From assembly GCA_965199855.1 (NCBI GenBank), contig OZ241326.1, positions 1,408,001-1,472,000 on the forward strand: a stretch of DNA of 64,000 bases, written 5' to 3'. Below, piece by piece: positions 38,987 to 49,487 of this stretch. Position 1 is the stretch's first letter. Each line of letters opens with the position of its first letter. This stretch comes from a bacterium. GTDB taxonomy: Bacteria; UBA8248. The position numbers were made by a program, and so were the translations under genes. The notes below the pieces were generated by a model that was not told where the DNA came from, did no database searches, and worked only from the letters and a program-made list of their open reading frames with translations.

Positions 38987-39691
38987 ATGATGACGCGAAC
39001 GGCGGAAACGGCGGATATGGCGATACCGCTTGCGGATCCGCTTTTCTTCTCCCTGCAGGGAGAAGGCGCCTCCATCGGCCGCCCGTCCGTATTCGTTCGC
39101 CTCATGGGCTGCTCGGTGGGCTGCGCGTGGTGCGACACGAAGTATTCCTGGTCGGGTCCTCCGGTCGCGGAGGAGACGATTTCCGGGATTCTGGATTTTT
39201 GCGGGCGTCACGACGGCGCCCAGGTGGTGGTGACGGGGGGAGAGCCTCTCGAATCCCCGAAATTCGCGGCGCTCGTCGAGTCGCTTCATCGCGCCGGCCT
39301 GCGGGTGGAGGTAGAGACGGCCGGCCACGTTCCGCCGTCCGAAGACGCTCTCGAACGGGTGGACCAGTGGAACGTCTCGCCCAAACTCAGGTCGGCGCGG
39401 ATTTCGGAGGAAAAGCGGCCCGAAACCCTTGACTGGTTGCGCCGGGCCAGCGAGCCTCACCTCAAATTCGTGGCGCATCAGGCGGAAGAAATCGCTGAGG
39501 TCGAGGCTTTTCTGGAAGAATACGGCCTTGACGACTTTCCGCGAAGCCGCGTCATCATTTCCCCGGGGGGCAAAACGAGCGAGCAGGCGCAAGGCAGGCT
39601 GCTGCCCCTGGCGGAGGCCGCCATGAATCGCGGCTTCCGGTTCACCCCCAGGCTTCACGTTCTCCTGTGGGGGGACAAGCGGGGGGCATAG
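38987..39691 (+). CDS. queE: 7-carboxy-7-deazaguanine synthase (radical SAM)
   Basis: FSLQGEG, FVRLMGCSVGCAWCDT, VTGGEP, ETAG, VSPKL, PRLH. Confidence 0.9.
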   Translation: MMTRTAETADMAIPLADPLFFSLQGEGASIGRPSVFVRLMGCSVGCAWCDTKYSWSGPPVAEETISGILDFCGRHDGAQVVVTGGEPLESPKFAALVESLHRAGLRVEVETAGHVPPSEDALERVDQWNVSPKLRSARISEEKRPETLDWLRRASEPHLKFVAHQAEEIAEVEAFLEEYGLDDFPRSRVIISPGGKTSEQAQGRLLPLAEAAMNRGFRFTPRLHVLLWGDKRGA

Positions 39692-39864
39692 GGTTTTCCG
39701 CCTGAAAATGTTCGCGGCGGTTCGTTCAAGGAATGCCGGCGCGCGAGCGATTTCCTCCGCTTCGGCGGCGCATGGCGCAGGGAGCGCCCGATAATCGTCG
39801 AAACCAGGCGCGGGGCGGGCGGAAAAGCGCCCTCTCTCAAGGGCTTGGTCGGATTTGATGACAT

Positions 39865-39905
39865 AAGAACGCCCCGCCGGGAAGCGCCGACGGGGCGTCT
39901 TTTCG
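39865..39905. terminator. Terminator-like hairpin between convergent genes
   Basis: ACGCCCCG...CGGGGCGT stem followed by CTTTTC, with AAGA on the other side. Confidence 0.55.
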
Positions 39906-39920
39906 TTCGGCTGCCCGCGC

Positions 39921-41789
39921 TCAGGCGGGAAGGGCGATGCCCTCCTCCTCCGTGAGCCTGTCCCAGTTCGCCTCGGTTCGCTTCTTGAGCTCGTCCATGA
40001 ACTCGCGCGTGATGAAGCTGGGCATCTTCACGTTTTCGTTCGCCGCCTCATACACGCGGGCGGGCACGTCGTATTCCTCGTCCGTGTAGCCCACTTTCTT
40101 CTCCAGCAGGCGTCCCCGCAGGTAGGAGCGCCTGATGGCCTGGTTCACGGCCTCTTCCGTCAGCGAGAGGCCGAACATGTCGTTCAGGCTGGCGACGACG
40201 TTCTCGTTCGGCGCTCCCGCGAATTTGCAGGTTCCGATGAGGTCGTCCCGCGTATAGTAGATGCCGTTCAGGATGGCGTTTTCCCAATAGTCGATGTCCG
40301 TTTGCTGGCCGTCCAGGATGAGGAGCAGGAACGTGCGCATGCTCATGTGGCCGCCGGCCAGCGCCCAGGGGTAGCCCGGGTTCGTTTCCGGCAGATAGGC
40401 CGGGTATTCAAGGCCCTTGCCCTGCATGGCGAAGGAGAGGTCGCCGCACTGCTGGGCGAGGCGCATGGTGCCCTGCGCCAGCTCCTCGCACTCGCCCGCC
40501 GCCGCCCTGCGAATGAGCTCCCCCATCTTTTGGGCGTCGCCGAAGCGGATGCCCTCCAGCACGGGCTTGTCCGGGTTTCTTTCGTTCCACTCCATGGCGT
40601 AGCTGATGGTGGCGCCCAGGCTGATGGCGTCGTAGCCCATGCGGTCGCCCAGTTCGACGAGATCGAGGGACTCCTCCGGATCATAGACGCCGCAGTTCGC
40701 CGTGATGAGGTCGAGCGGCTCGTAGTCGAACTTGACCCTGAACTTCCCTTTTTTCGCCTTCCTGCCCTCGGCAGTTTCTCCCTCGGGGCGGTCGTAGATG
40801 TTCTTGTGGCACGCGATGCCGCATTTGAAGCAGGACTCGTCCTTGATCACGTAGGGCTCTTCAAAGCTGCCGCGGTAGAGCTGAACGGCTTCGTCGCTTC
40901 CCGGCGCCCAGAAGTTTCTCTCGGGCAGGCATCCCAGAGGGTGCAGACCCGCGATGTTTCTCCACGTGCCGCCGCCGCCGTCGGCCTTGTGGGCGTCGCG
41001 GTAATTTTTGGAGCCGGCGCCCCGGGAGATGACCTTGTTCGCCTCCTTGACGACGCTTGTGACGGCCGCTTTGTCGTCGGGCGCCTGCGCGACGATGGCG
41101 ATAAGGTTTTTCGACCCCATCACGCCGCCGAAGCCGCCGCGCCCGCAGAATCTCGGCTTGCACTCCCTCGTCTTGAGCTGGTTCTCGGTGCTGAGGACGA
41201 TGGAGGCCATCCGGTTCGTCTCGTAGTTCTCCCCTGGCGGGCCGACGACGGCGAAGTGCGCGTCTTCGTATTCCTCGGCGAGCGCCATGATTTTCTCGTG
41301 CGAGTCCCTGCCCAGCAGGGGCGAGGCGTCCACGAGCTCCATGCGCGCCGGCCCGCCGAGAGCGTCGCTTCGGATCACGAGCGTGACGGGCTTCTCGCTT
41401 CTGCCCGTAAAGATGATCTCGTCGATGCCCGCGCAGGCCACCTTGGTGCCGAATTTGCCCGAGCCCGCCGAATACATGGCCGAGGGCGCGCCCGCGCGCG
41501 TGCTCTTGAGGGGGCTGTAGCCGCCGAAGAAAGTTCTCAGGCCCGTCATCAGGTTCGTGCCCGAAAAGCAGCCGAGCTCCATGACGAGCGGAGCGCGGGG
41601 GTCATAGGGGTCGGATACGTCATGGTGTGAGAGGATTTTGAAAATCCTGCCGATGCCGCCAAGAAAATCCTCCAGATCCTCGCAGGGCCTGTCCTCGACC
41701 GTGATGTCGCCGCTGCCGAGATCGACGGCGGCGCTTCTGTATCTGTAGTCGGTGACCGCGTTGTTTCCGTTCCTGGCGTCCGTCCACAT
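39921..41789 (-). CDS. Aldehyde ferredoxin oxidoreductase (tungsten AOR) family protein
   Basis: YSPLK, GRGGFGGVMGSKNL, CFKCGIAC, DRMGYDAIS, KGLEYPAY, GTCKF; AGGAGG RBS. Confidence 0.88.
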   Translation of the reverse strand: MWTDARNGNNAVTDYRYRSAAVDLGSGDITVEDRPCEDLEDFLGGIGRIFKILSHHDVSDPYDPRAPLVMELGCFSGTNLMTGLRTFFGGYSPLKSTRAGAPSAMYSAGSGKFGTKVACAGIDEIIFTGRSEKPVTLVIRSDALGGPARMELVDASPLLGRDSHEKIMALAEEYEDAHFAVVGPPGENYETNRMASIVLSTENQLKTRECKPRFCGRGGFGGVMGSKNLIAIVAQAPDDKAAVTSVVKEANKVISRGAGSKNYRDAHKADGGGGTWRNIAGLHPLGCLPERNFWAPGSDEAVQLYRGSFEEPYVIKDESCFKCGIACHKNIYDRPEGETAEGRKAKKGKFRVKFDYEPLDLITANCGVYDPEESLDLVELGDRMGYDAISLGATISYAMEWNERNPDKPVLEGIRFGDAQKMGELIRRAAAGECEELAQGTMRLAQQCGDLSFAMQGKGLEYPAYLPETNPGYPWALAGGHMSMRTFLLLILDGQQTDIDYWENAILNGIYYTRDDLIGTCKFAGAPNENVVASLNDMFGLSLTEEAVNQAIRRSYLRGRLLEKKVGYTDEEYDVPARVYEAANENVKMPSFITREFMDELKKRTEANWDRLTEEEGIALPA

Positions 41790-41910
41790 TTTTATGCCCG
41801 CCTCCTGTGAATATGTCGTATGCGATTTCAGGCTTCTATTGTTTTCCCGCGCTCTCGACCGGGAATTATTCCGTTTTTCGCCCGGCCGGGCAAGGGGCGA
41901 GCGTGCCCCG

Positions 41911-43497
41911 CTAGAAAGCCACGGGCTCCTGAAATTCTCCAAAAACGCGGCGGAGCGCGTTCGTCACCTCCCCGATGGTGGCGTAGGCTTCCAGGGCTTC
42001 GGAGATCGGCTCCATGAGATTCTCATCGCCCTTGGCGGCGTCTTCCAGACGCGCGAGGCCGTGCGCGGCCCGGGCGGGGTCCCTCTCTTCTTTCACCTTC
42101 GCCAGCCGCTTCTTCTGGCGCTCTTCGAGTTCGGGGGCGATGGCGAATATCTCTTGCGAAGGAGGCTCCGCCCGCGCGTATTTGTTGACGCCGACGATGG
42201 TCCGCGCCTTCGCCTCCACCTCTTTTTGCCAGCGGAAGGCGCTCTCCGCTATCCATCTTTGCGCCGCGCCCCGCTGGATGCACTCGACCATGCCGCCGCG
42301 CTCCTCCACGTCTTCGATGATTTTCTCCATCTCCTCCTCCATGCGGCTTGTCAGGTTTTCGAGAAAATACGAGCCGCCGAAGGGATCCGCCACGTCGGGC
42401 GCGCCGCTTTCGTGGGCGATGATCTGCTGGGTGCGCAGGGCGAGCAGGGCGCTTTCCTCGGTGGGTAGCGCGAGGGCCTCGTCATACGCGCAGGTGAAAA
42501 TGGTCTGCGCGCCGCCCAGAACGGAGGCCAGCGCCTCGTAGGCGACCCGGACGATGTTGTTCTCCGGCTCCTGCGCGGCGAGGGTGCTGCCGCCGCAGAC
42601 GACGCCGAAGCGGAAAAGCCAGCTTCTCTCGCTTTTGGCCCCGAATCGCTCGCGCATGAGCTTGGCCCAAAGCGTCCGCATGGCGCGGTATTTGGCGATT
42701 TCCTCGAAGAAATCCATGTGGGTGTAAAAATAAAAGCTGATTCGGGGAGCGAAGGCGTCGATGTCGAGGCCGCGCTCCAGGCATCTTTCCACATAGACGA
42801 TGGCGTCTGCGAGGGTGAGGCCGCCTTCCTGGACGGCGGTCGCGCCCGCGTCCCTGAAGTGGGCGCCCGCCGCGCTGATGGTGTTGAACCTCGGGGTGTG
42901 CTTCACGCCGTGTTCGACGGTATCGACGATCAGCCGCAAGGAAGGCTCGGGCGGGAATATCCACGTTCCGCGGGCTACGTATTCCTTCAGAATGTCGTTC
43001 TGGATGGTGCCGGTCAGCCGGGCGGGAGAGACGCCCTGCTTCTTCCCGACGATGATGTACATGGCGTAGAGAATGGCGGCCGTCGAATTGATGGTGAAGG
43101 ACGTGCTGATCGCATCGAGCGGAATGCCCCGGAAGATGGCTTCCATGTCCGCCAGAGAGTCGATGGCCACGCCTACCTTGCCGACTTCGCCCGCCGCTTT
43201 TTCGTCGTCGCTGTCGAGTCCCAGTTGCGTGGGGAGGTCGAGCGCGACGGAAAGCCCCGCGTTCCCCTCGTCGAGCAGGAAGCGGTAGCGCCGGTTCGTT
43301 TCCTCGGCGGTTCCGAAGCCCGAATACTGGCGCATCGTCCACAGGCGCTTTCTATACATCCCGGGGTGGATGCCGCGCGTGAAGGGGTAGGCGCCCGGCT
43401 CGCCCGGTTCGCTGTTCCGGGGAGCGTCCCCGGGCCCGTAGGCGCCTTCGAGGGCGAGGCCCGAGCGTGTTTTCACCTGGGGATGCACGTTTTCCAT
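41911..43497 (-). CDS. B12-dependent acyl-CoA mutase, large (substrate-binding) subunit
   Basis: PGAYPFTRG, WTMRQYSGF, DLPTQLGLDSD, GTIQNDILKEY, YDEALALP; no B12-binding domain. Confidence 0.9.
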   Translation of the reverse strand: MENVHPQVKTRSGLALEGAYGPGDAPRNSEPGEPGAYPFTRGIHPGMYRKRLWTMRQYSGFGTAEETNRRYRFLLDEGNAGLSVALDLPTQLGLDSDDEKAAGEVGKVGVAIDSLADMEAIFRGIPLDAISTSFTINSTAAILYAMYIIVGKKQGVSPARLTGTIQNDILKEYVARGTWIFPPEPSLRLIVDTVEHGVKHTPRFNTISAAGAHFRDAGATAVQEGGLTLADAIVYVERCLERGLDIDAFAPRISFYFYTHMDFFEEIAKYRAMRTLWAKLMRERFGAKSERSWLFRFGVVCGGSTLAAQEPENNIVRVAYEALASVLGGAQTIFTCAYDEALALPTEESALLALRTQQIIAHESGAPDVADPFGGSYFLENLTSRMEEEMEKIIEDVEERGGMVECIQRGAAQRWIAESAFRWQKEVEAKARTIVGVNKYARAEPPSQEIFAIAPELEERQKKRLAKVKEERDPARAAHGLARLEDAAKGDENLMEPISEALEAYATIGEVTNALRRVFGEFQEPVAF

Positions 43498-43504
43498 CGC
43501 GCGG

Positions 43505-44284
43505 TCATCTTCCCTTGAAATCGGGGCTTCGCTTTTCAAAAAACGCTCGAATCGCTTCGTCATGATCTTCGGACGCCCAAAGATCCGCGAACAGCGATGA
43601 TTCCGCGTCCATCGTTTTCTCCATTGTATTTTCCAGGCCGGACGAGAGCAATTCCTTCATGGAGCGAATCGCCCCGGGCGCGCTCCTGAAAATTTCCTCC
43701 GTCATCGACCTGGCGGCGCGCAGGCCCTCTCCTTTGGGGACTGCGGCGTTGGCGAGCCCCATCGACAGCGCGTCTTCCGCGCGCAATTCCCGGCACGTGG
43801 CCAGCAGCTCCATCGCCCGCCCGTAGCCGACGGCGCGGAGGAGCCGCCCCCCGCCTCCCCAGCCTGTCATGAGGCCCACGCGCGCCTGCCTGAAACTCAT
43901 GTAGGCGTGCTCCTCCATGACGCGCATGTCGCAGGCCATGGCGATTTCGGCGCCGCCGCCCAGGGCGCAACCGTTCAAAACGGCGATGACGGGCGCGGGC
44001 AGCGCGGAGAGGCGCTCGAGAATTCCCTGCATCCGCCGGCTCATGCCCATGCCATCTTCCCGGGATTCAAAGGATTGGAGCCACTTCAGGTCGCCGCCCG
44101 AGCAGAACGCCTCCTCTCCCGCGCCCGTGAGGATGACGGCCCGCAGCCCGCGCGACGCTTCAAGGGCGTCGAGGGCGTCGGAGAGTCCCTGCATGATTTC
44201 ATCGTTGACGGCGTTGCGAACGTCTTTTCTGTTGAACTTCAGGATGGAGAGCGCGCCCTCGGCCTCGTGGATGAAATCGGGCAT
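43505..44284 (-). CDS. Enoyl-CoA hydratase/isomerase family protein
   Basis: AFCSGGDL, NGCALGGGAEIAMACD. Confidence 0.9.
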   Translation of the reverse strand: MPDFIHEAEGALSILKFNRKDVRNAVNDEIMQGLSDALDALEASRGLRAVILTGAGEEAFCSGGDLKWLQSFESREDGMGMSRRMQGILERLSALPAPVIAVLNGCALGGGAEIAMACDMRVMEEHAYMSFRQARVGLMTGWGGGGRLLRAVGYGRAMELLATCRELRAEDALSMGLANAAVPKGEGLRAARSMTEEIFRSAPGAIRSMKELLSSGLENTMEKTMDAESSLFADLWASEDHDEAIRAFFEKRSPDFKGR

Positions 44285-44338
44285 GGACTCTCCTGCGGGT
44301 TCCGCCCGCCGCCGGGGCGGCGGGCGAAGCGCGGGGCA

Positions 44339-45283
44339 TTACCAGTATTTCTCGTAATGAATGTTGCCCTTCGTTCGGCCGTAGTCCATCGTGAAGCCCC
44401 GCTCCTCCATGATCCTGATGACGCCGGGCGGGCCTTCCGGCCATACCTTCTCGCCGTCGCGAACCTTGGGAATGCCGATCATGGCGGGATTTCCGCACAG
44501 GAACAGGTGCGTGTCCTCGGGGTCCATCCCGCGATTGATGCTTTCCTCGAACGCGCCCGATGCCAAGTAGTCCTGAACGTACACCTTGTTGTCGATGGTA
44601 TCCGCCTCGCGCGTGGTAAGCGCGTGGTAGGAGAGGTTCGGATATTTCTCCTCGAGCGTTCGATAGATGGACTCGTAGGCGAGGTCTTTCTTGTATCGCA
44701 CGACGTTGATGCTGGCGATCCGGCCCTTGTAGCCCGTGCGAAGGAGCTCCCATATCATGTGGTTGTGCGGGCCTTCCCCCGTTCCCGTGCCGGCGAAGAC
44801 GACGAGAGAGTTCTCTTTCTCCCGGATGCCGGTCATGCAGTCGAGCGTGTATTCACCGGTGAATTTCCGGCCCATGTGCACCCGATCGCCGACTTGCAGG
44901 AGAAAGAGCCTGGGCGTCAGGAGAGGCGCCGGTTCGCCTTCCGCGCCGGCGACCATGACGATGTAGAATTCCAGGAAATCCAGCGTCTCCGCCGGGTAGA
45001 GTTCTCCCGCTTCGTTGAGCACGGGATGGGACACGGAATAGGCGCGCCTGCCCAGCCGCCGGATTTTTTTCTCGTCGAGTTCCTTTTCGCGGACGGCGTC
45101 CTCGTGCCGGGGCTCCCAGTTGCCGAGGCCCAGCGTCGTATATTGCCCTGATTTGTATTCGGGAAAATCGAAGTCGGGCTTTACGCGAAAGCACGCCAGC
45201 GTTTCATGCTGCCACGCGATATCCACGAGCGTGGCGTTGTAGTGCTTTTCCCTTAATTCTTTTTTCTCCGCTTCATCAAGCAT
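44339..45283 (-). CDS. Ferredoxin-NADP+ reductase family protein
   Basis: GQYTTLG, RRAYSVS, GTGTGEGP, LCGNPAMI, EKYW C-terminus. Confidence 0.88.
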   Translation of the reverse strand: MLDEAEKKELREKHYNATLVDIAWQHETLACFRVKPDFDFPEYKSGQYTTLGLGNWEPRHEDAVREKELDEKKIRRLGRRAYSVSHPVLNEAGELYPAETLDFLEFYIVMVAGAEGEPAPLLTPRLFLLQVGDRVHMGRKFTGEYTLDCMTGIREKENSLVVFAGTGTGEGPHNHMIWELLRTGYKGRIASINVVRYKKDLAYESIYRTLEEKYPNLSYHALTTREADTIDNKVYVQDYLASGAFEESINRGMDPEDTHLFLCGNPAMIGIPKVRDGEKVWPEGPPGVIRIMEERGFTMDYGRTKGNIHYEKYW

Positions 45284-45400
45284 TCATTTCCTCGCCGGAT
45301 GGATAATCAACAGGACAAAACAGCAGCGTGGAGCCTCATCGAGGCCGAATACTACCCAATTCGGTTTGGAATAGGTAGCCTCGGGCGTCGTTTTTGAAGT

Positions 45401-46126
45401 TCATATCGAAATGACCTCGAATGACACGGCGTAGCGGCATCCGGCGCGTTCGCCCGCCTCAACGGCCGCCCGGGTGAGAAAATCGACGGGGTCGAACCCT
45501 TGCGCGAGGTTGTCAATATAGAGTTCGTGCTCCCGGAGGGATGCGATTCCCTTGTCCAGGTGCTCGCTTACGTCCACCGCGTGGGTAGGCTTTGGAGAGC
45601 CGCTCAGCAGAATCATGCGAACGCCCGCCCAGGGCTCCAGACCCTCGGCCAGCAACTCCGGAAAAATCCAGCGGTTGCCCGCGTCCCGCGCCGCATCCAT
45701 CACGCCGCAGGCGAGCCACCGGTGATCCGCCATGTTCAACACGCCGCCCGGCCAGGTGAGATGGTGGGAGAGGGTGAGCAGGATATCGGGTCTGTAGGCC
45801 CTGATGCTGCGGGAAAGGTCGCGCCTCAGGTCCAGACTGTATTCTATCACTCCGTCCGTATAGCCGAGGAAGTCCACTCTCTCGACGCCGACCGCGGCCG
45901 CGCTTCCGCGCTGTTCCTCTTCCCGGGCCGGGCCCGCCTCCTCCGGCGACATGCCGTCGATGCCCGCCTCCCCGCTCGTCATCAGGAGATAGGAGACCTC
46001 CTTGCCTTGCGCCGTCCATCTGGCGACCGCGCTTGATGCGCCGAATTCCATGTCGTCCGGGTGCGCCACGATGGCCAGGGCGCGCCGCCAGTCCTCATCC
46101 AGAGCGGGGAGTTCGTCTGCCGTCAT
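45401..46126 (-). CDS. PIG-L/LmbE family deacetylase
   Basis: VAHPDDMEFG, TSGEAG, REEEQR, ADHR. Confidence 0.9.
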   Translation of the reverse strand: MTADELPALDEDWRRALAIVAHPDDMEFGASSAVARWTAQGKEVSYLLMTSGEAGIDGMSPEEAGPAREEEQRGSAAAVGVERVDFLGYTDGVIEYSLDLRRDLSRSIRAYRPDILLTLSHHLTWPGGVLNMADHRWLACGVMDAARDAGNRWIFPELLAEGLEPWAGVRMILLSGSPKPTHAVDVSEHLDKGIASLREHELYIDNLAQGFDPVDFLTRAAVEAGERAGCRYAVSFEVISI

Positions 46127-48348
46127 TTCCTATCCTTTCTCACGAAAATCGGACTGCTCCAGGCCATGGCTCCGTCCTCCTGCATCAGCCTGATGAAATA
46201 GGGGTTCCAGCCGTCGTGGAAGTCGCTTTCCTCGACCTCGAACGAGACCTCCGCCTCGGGGGAGCCGGGGGCCGGGCTGACGCGCTGGACTTCCACCTTC
46301 TGGCGAACGCCGCCCGCGTCCACGACGTAGGGCGCGGCGCCGATATCCTCCAGCTTCGTCTCGAAGGAAACGACGTCGGTTTCAAAAAAGAGCGTCGCGC
46401 CCGCGCCTCCCGAAAGGCGGAATTCGACGCCGTCCGCGTCGCCGGTCGTGCGGCTCAGCCATTGGATGCTCCGCTCATCGGACGCCTGGATGCCTTCCTC
46501 CAGATTGTCCACCTGCCAGTTTCTCGGCTCCTCGATTCTTCCCTTGTCGATTCTCAGTCCGCCGCGCCAGTGGGTCTGGCGGTTTCGCTGATGGATTCGG
46601 GCGCCGCTCCAGGAGACGCGAAACCAGTCCGAATTCCGGGCGGCCGCGTCTTTCGGGCGGCGGGAGGCGATGGTTCTGGAGGCCCGCTTCAGTTCTATCG
46701 ACTCTATGCCGCATTCGCCCATCGCCCGCGCGTGAAAAACGGGAGGAGCGGAGGATTTGAATTCCTCTCCCATGAAATACTCCCCGGACGAGAAGGCGAG
46801 ATGGATTTTCTTGCCCGTCGTCGCATAGACGCGCCGCGCCTGAATCGCCTCCCACAGGCTCTCCCGGGTGAGTTCTTCCGCGTAGATGCAGACATAGCCT
46901 CCATAGACGCCGAAAATGGCCGCGCCGGGATAACTGGCGCCGGGTCGCCCCTTGTGTCCGTCGCTGCCCGCCGTGATGCCCACCCGCCAGCCTTTTTCCA
47001 GGGCCTCTTCGACGAACCACTCGAATCGTCCCCAGGAGGAATATATCTCCATGACGCGCTCGAGTTCCGCGTGATGATAGTCCAGGCTCGCCCGCCGGCC
47101 CCCGATGTGGGGGATGAGGGTGACGTCCCGCCTTTCTTCCATGGTCTCGTAGAGCGCATCCAGAGGGTATCTGTCCGCGTGCTGGTCGCGCCAGTCGTCT
47201 ATCTGCCAGTGGCTGGTTCGGTGGAGGGGGCCGTCGTCGCCGAGATACATGACGTTCCTGTCCCCGCCCATACCTGTTACGGCCGACCATTCGACCCCCA
47301 GAAACGTGACGAAGCGCCCCGGCTCGTTGTATTTTCGAGTGGCCGAGCGAATCGCGCCCCAAGTGTTCTCTGTGACCTGAAAGTCGTTCCCCTGATGACA
47401 GGAAAACTGCGCTCCGGCCATGTCGCGGGCGAACGCGAAGTAGTCGTCCACGGTATTCGTGCCTACCGTCTCTCCGCTCTGGCCGTGCAGATCGCCCCAG
47501 AATGGCCTCCATCGGTGCTTCTTTTCCACGGCGCGCATGTAGTTGCTGTATGCGGGCGGGATGCCGCCGCCCGTGTCGCCCCGTATGCGCCCGCAACTTC
47601 CGGGCGTCCAGCGCAGATTTTCCAGGCGAACGACGGCGGGCTCGCCGCGCTTGAATCGAACGGAGCCGGGCAGCCCCCGGCAGACGCCTCCCTCCGCGGC
47701 GAGGGATATTTCCGCGTTTATGTCGTGACAGGGGTTGCCCCAGACGTCTTCGAGCTTCACCAGCATCCAGGAGGTCTCGCCCGGCGCCTGTTCGGTCGCG
47801 CCGTGGAGGACGAGGCGGGCGGGCGCGCCCGGCGCGATGGAGACGGCGGGCGTATCTGCCGCTTCGATGAAGCGGTTCGAGCCGAAGCAATCGACGAAGA
47901 GACGGAAGCGAAAATTTTTCTCGCAAAAAGTCTGAGCGCGGGTTCCCGCGCCGCCGCCGGTTCTGTCCCCCAGGACGATGGCGACCGTATCGCCCTCCGC
48001 CAGATAGCTGTCGAACACGTCAACGGCCAGTCCCTGCTGCCAGGGCCTGACGTTCGATTTCGGATCCCATCGCAGTTTGAGGGAGGCGCTTCCGCTCGTG
48101 GCCGCGCTCGCGTAGTGCGCCTCGCCGGGGGCTTCCGTCTGCGGCCTGGCCCAGTCGCTGGCGAAGCGGCGCGAGAGGACGATGGTTCCCCCGTCGTCCA
48201 CGCCGTATCTGCCTACGTGGTAGGTGAGCGTCCACGTGCCCCACGCGCCCGCCTCCACGTTTCCGCCGGGGCTGAGTTCGCTCCAGCCCACCCATTCCCG
48301 AGCCCAGGCTTCGCTCTTGCCGCGCCTGCCGTCAGGCGTCGTGTCCAT
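46123..48348 (-). CDS. DUF3604-type protein with a PHP-like metal-binding domain
   Basis: FWGDLHGQSGET, HQGNDF, IPHIGG, GSDGHKGRPG, RRVYATTG, AWSSPIF. Confidence 0.75.
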   Translation of the reverse strand: MDTTPDGRRGKSEAWAREWVGWSELSPGGNVEAGAWGTWTLTYHVGRYGVDDGGTIVLSRRFASDWARPQTEAPGEAHYASAATSGSASLKLRWDPKSNVRPWQQGLAVDVFDSYLAEGDTVAIVLGDRTGGGAGTRAQTFCEKNFRFRLFVDCFGSNRFIEAADTPAVSIAPGAPARLVLHGATEQAPGETSWMLVKLEDVWGNPCHDINAEISLAAEGGVCRGLPGSVRFKRGEPAVVRLENLRWTPGSCGRIRGDTGGGIPPAYSNYMRAVEKKHRWRPFWGDLHGQSGETVGTNTVDDYFAFARDMAGAQFSCHQGNDFQVTENTWGAIRSATRKYNEPGRFVTFLGVEWSAVTGMGGDRNVMYLGDDGPLHRTSHWQIDDWRDQHADRYPLDALYETMEERRDVTLIPHIGGRRASLDYHHAELERVMEIYSSWGRFEWFVEEALEKGWRVGITAGSDGHKGRPGASYPGAAIFGVYGGYVCIYAEELTRESLWEAIQARRVYATTGKKIHLAFSSGEYFMGEEFKSSAPPVFHARAMGECGIESIELKRASRTIASRRPKDAAARNSDWFRVSWSGARIHQRNRQTHWRGGLRIDKGRIEEPRNWQVDNLEEGIQASDERSIQWLSRTTGDADGVEFRLSGGAGATLFFETDVVSFETKLEDIGAAPYVVDAGGVRQKVEVQRVSPAPGSPEAEVSFEVEESDFHDGWNPYFIRLMQEDGAMAWSSPIFVRKDRK

Positions 48349-48355
48349 GATGTGG

Positions 48356-49367
48356 TCAGCCGTCCTGTTTTTCGCCCCGGGGGGAAAGATCCGCGCGCCT
48401 TGCGCCCGCGTCGCGCGCCTTGCGCCGCTCCCGATTTCGGGACAGGCGGCTTTTGAGGAAAAGCAGCGCGCGTCGAATCGAATCCTCTCGTTCCCGGCGC
48501 GTTTTTCTTCTGATCACGAAGTTGTGGCCCACGCCCTCGTAAAGCATCAGTTCGGCGGCGCCGGATTTTCTCGCCCGCAGCCTTTTCATCATCGTGAGCG
48601 ACTGCCGCGCGGGAATCAGCCCGTCCGACGCGCCGTGAAACATCAGGGCGGAGGCTTTCGTGCTCCGTATTTTGTTCGTGGGGCTGTGCAGTTCCAGATA
48701 TCTTTTCCACCGAAGCAGGTTCGGGGTCGCAAGGGCGAGAACCACGGGGCTGACCCGCCTTTTGATGAGTGCGGCGTAATCATAGGGGCCATAGTATGCT
48801 ACGATGGCTTTGATCGCAGGAAGCGCCGCAGCCGTCCGAAAGGCCTTGTCCGCGCCGAGGGAGAATCCGATGAGGCCGATTTCGCCTTCCACGCAGTGCG
48901 CGCTTTTCGCAAAGGCGGACGCGGCGCGCCTGATGTCCTCGTTCTGGCCCTCGAAGTTCAGCTTTCGCCGGGCGAACGGCGTCCTCAGCCCCTCGAAGTC
49001 CACCTGATGCACCGAATAGTAATTGACGATCAAAGAGGAAAACCCATGGCTCGCGAGCTTTCGGGCGTAGCGGATGTATCCTTGCCACCAGCCGCCTTTC
49101 CCGTGCAACAGCATGACGCATGGGTGTCTTCCGTCGCCCGAAGGACGCACCAGGTGTCCCGCCATCGAGGCGCTTGCGACGCTTGACGGCAGTTCGACGC
49201 GGCTTTCCCTGTAGCCATGGCTGCCGGCGGGGGCGGGAGCGAGCCCCTGGGTGCGGGGCCGGGCGCAGCTCGTCGCCATCGCCATGGCGAGGATGAGCAG
49301 GGCGAGGCGCTTTACGCTGATGATCCCGAAAAAGCGGCGAGCGGCGCCGGGAGCGAATCGAATCATG
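48356..49367 (-). CDS. Dienelactone hydrolase-like alpha/beta hydrolase (probable lipoprotein)
   Basis: GFSLG nucleophile elbow, FHGASD, YEGVGHNF; lipobox-like ATSC; start uncertain. Confidence 0.75.
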
Positions 49368-49487
49368 CGAAATCCACTTTTGCGCGGCACGGGAAGAATT
49401 CGGCTGTGCGCCCCATGTATGAGAATAATCCGACGGAATCATTTCGGCAACATCCCGGCCCATCAGGCTGGCGCAAGGGAGGGCTGA

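Noticed and set aside
38987-39691. queE as part of a DNA deazapurine modification system, or a preQ1 riboswitch upstream
   Set aside because: No dpdA, queC, queD or folE nearby and no recognisable aptamer; most simply a housekeeping queuosine gene.
45352-45379. Imperfect inverted repeat CTACC...GGTAG upstream of the FNR gene
   Set aside because: Short and mismatched; cannot be assigned as operator or terminator.
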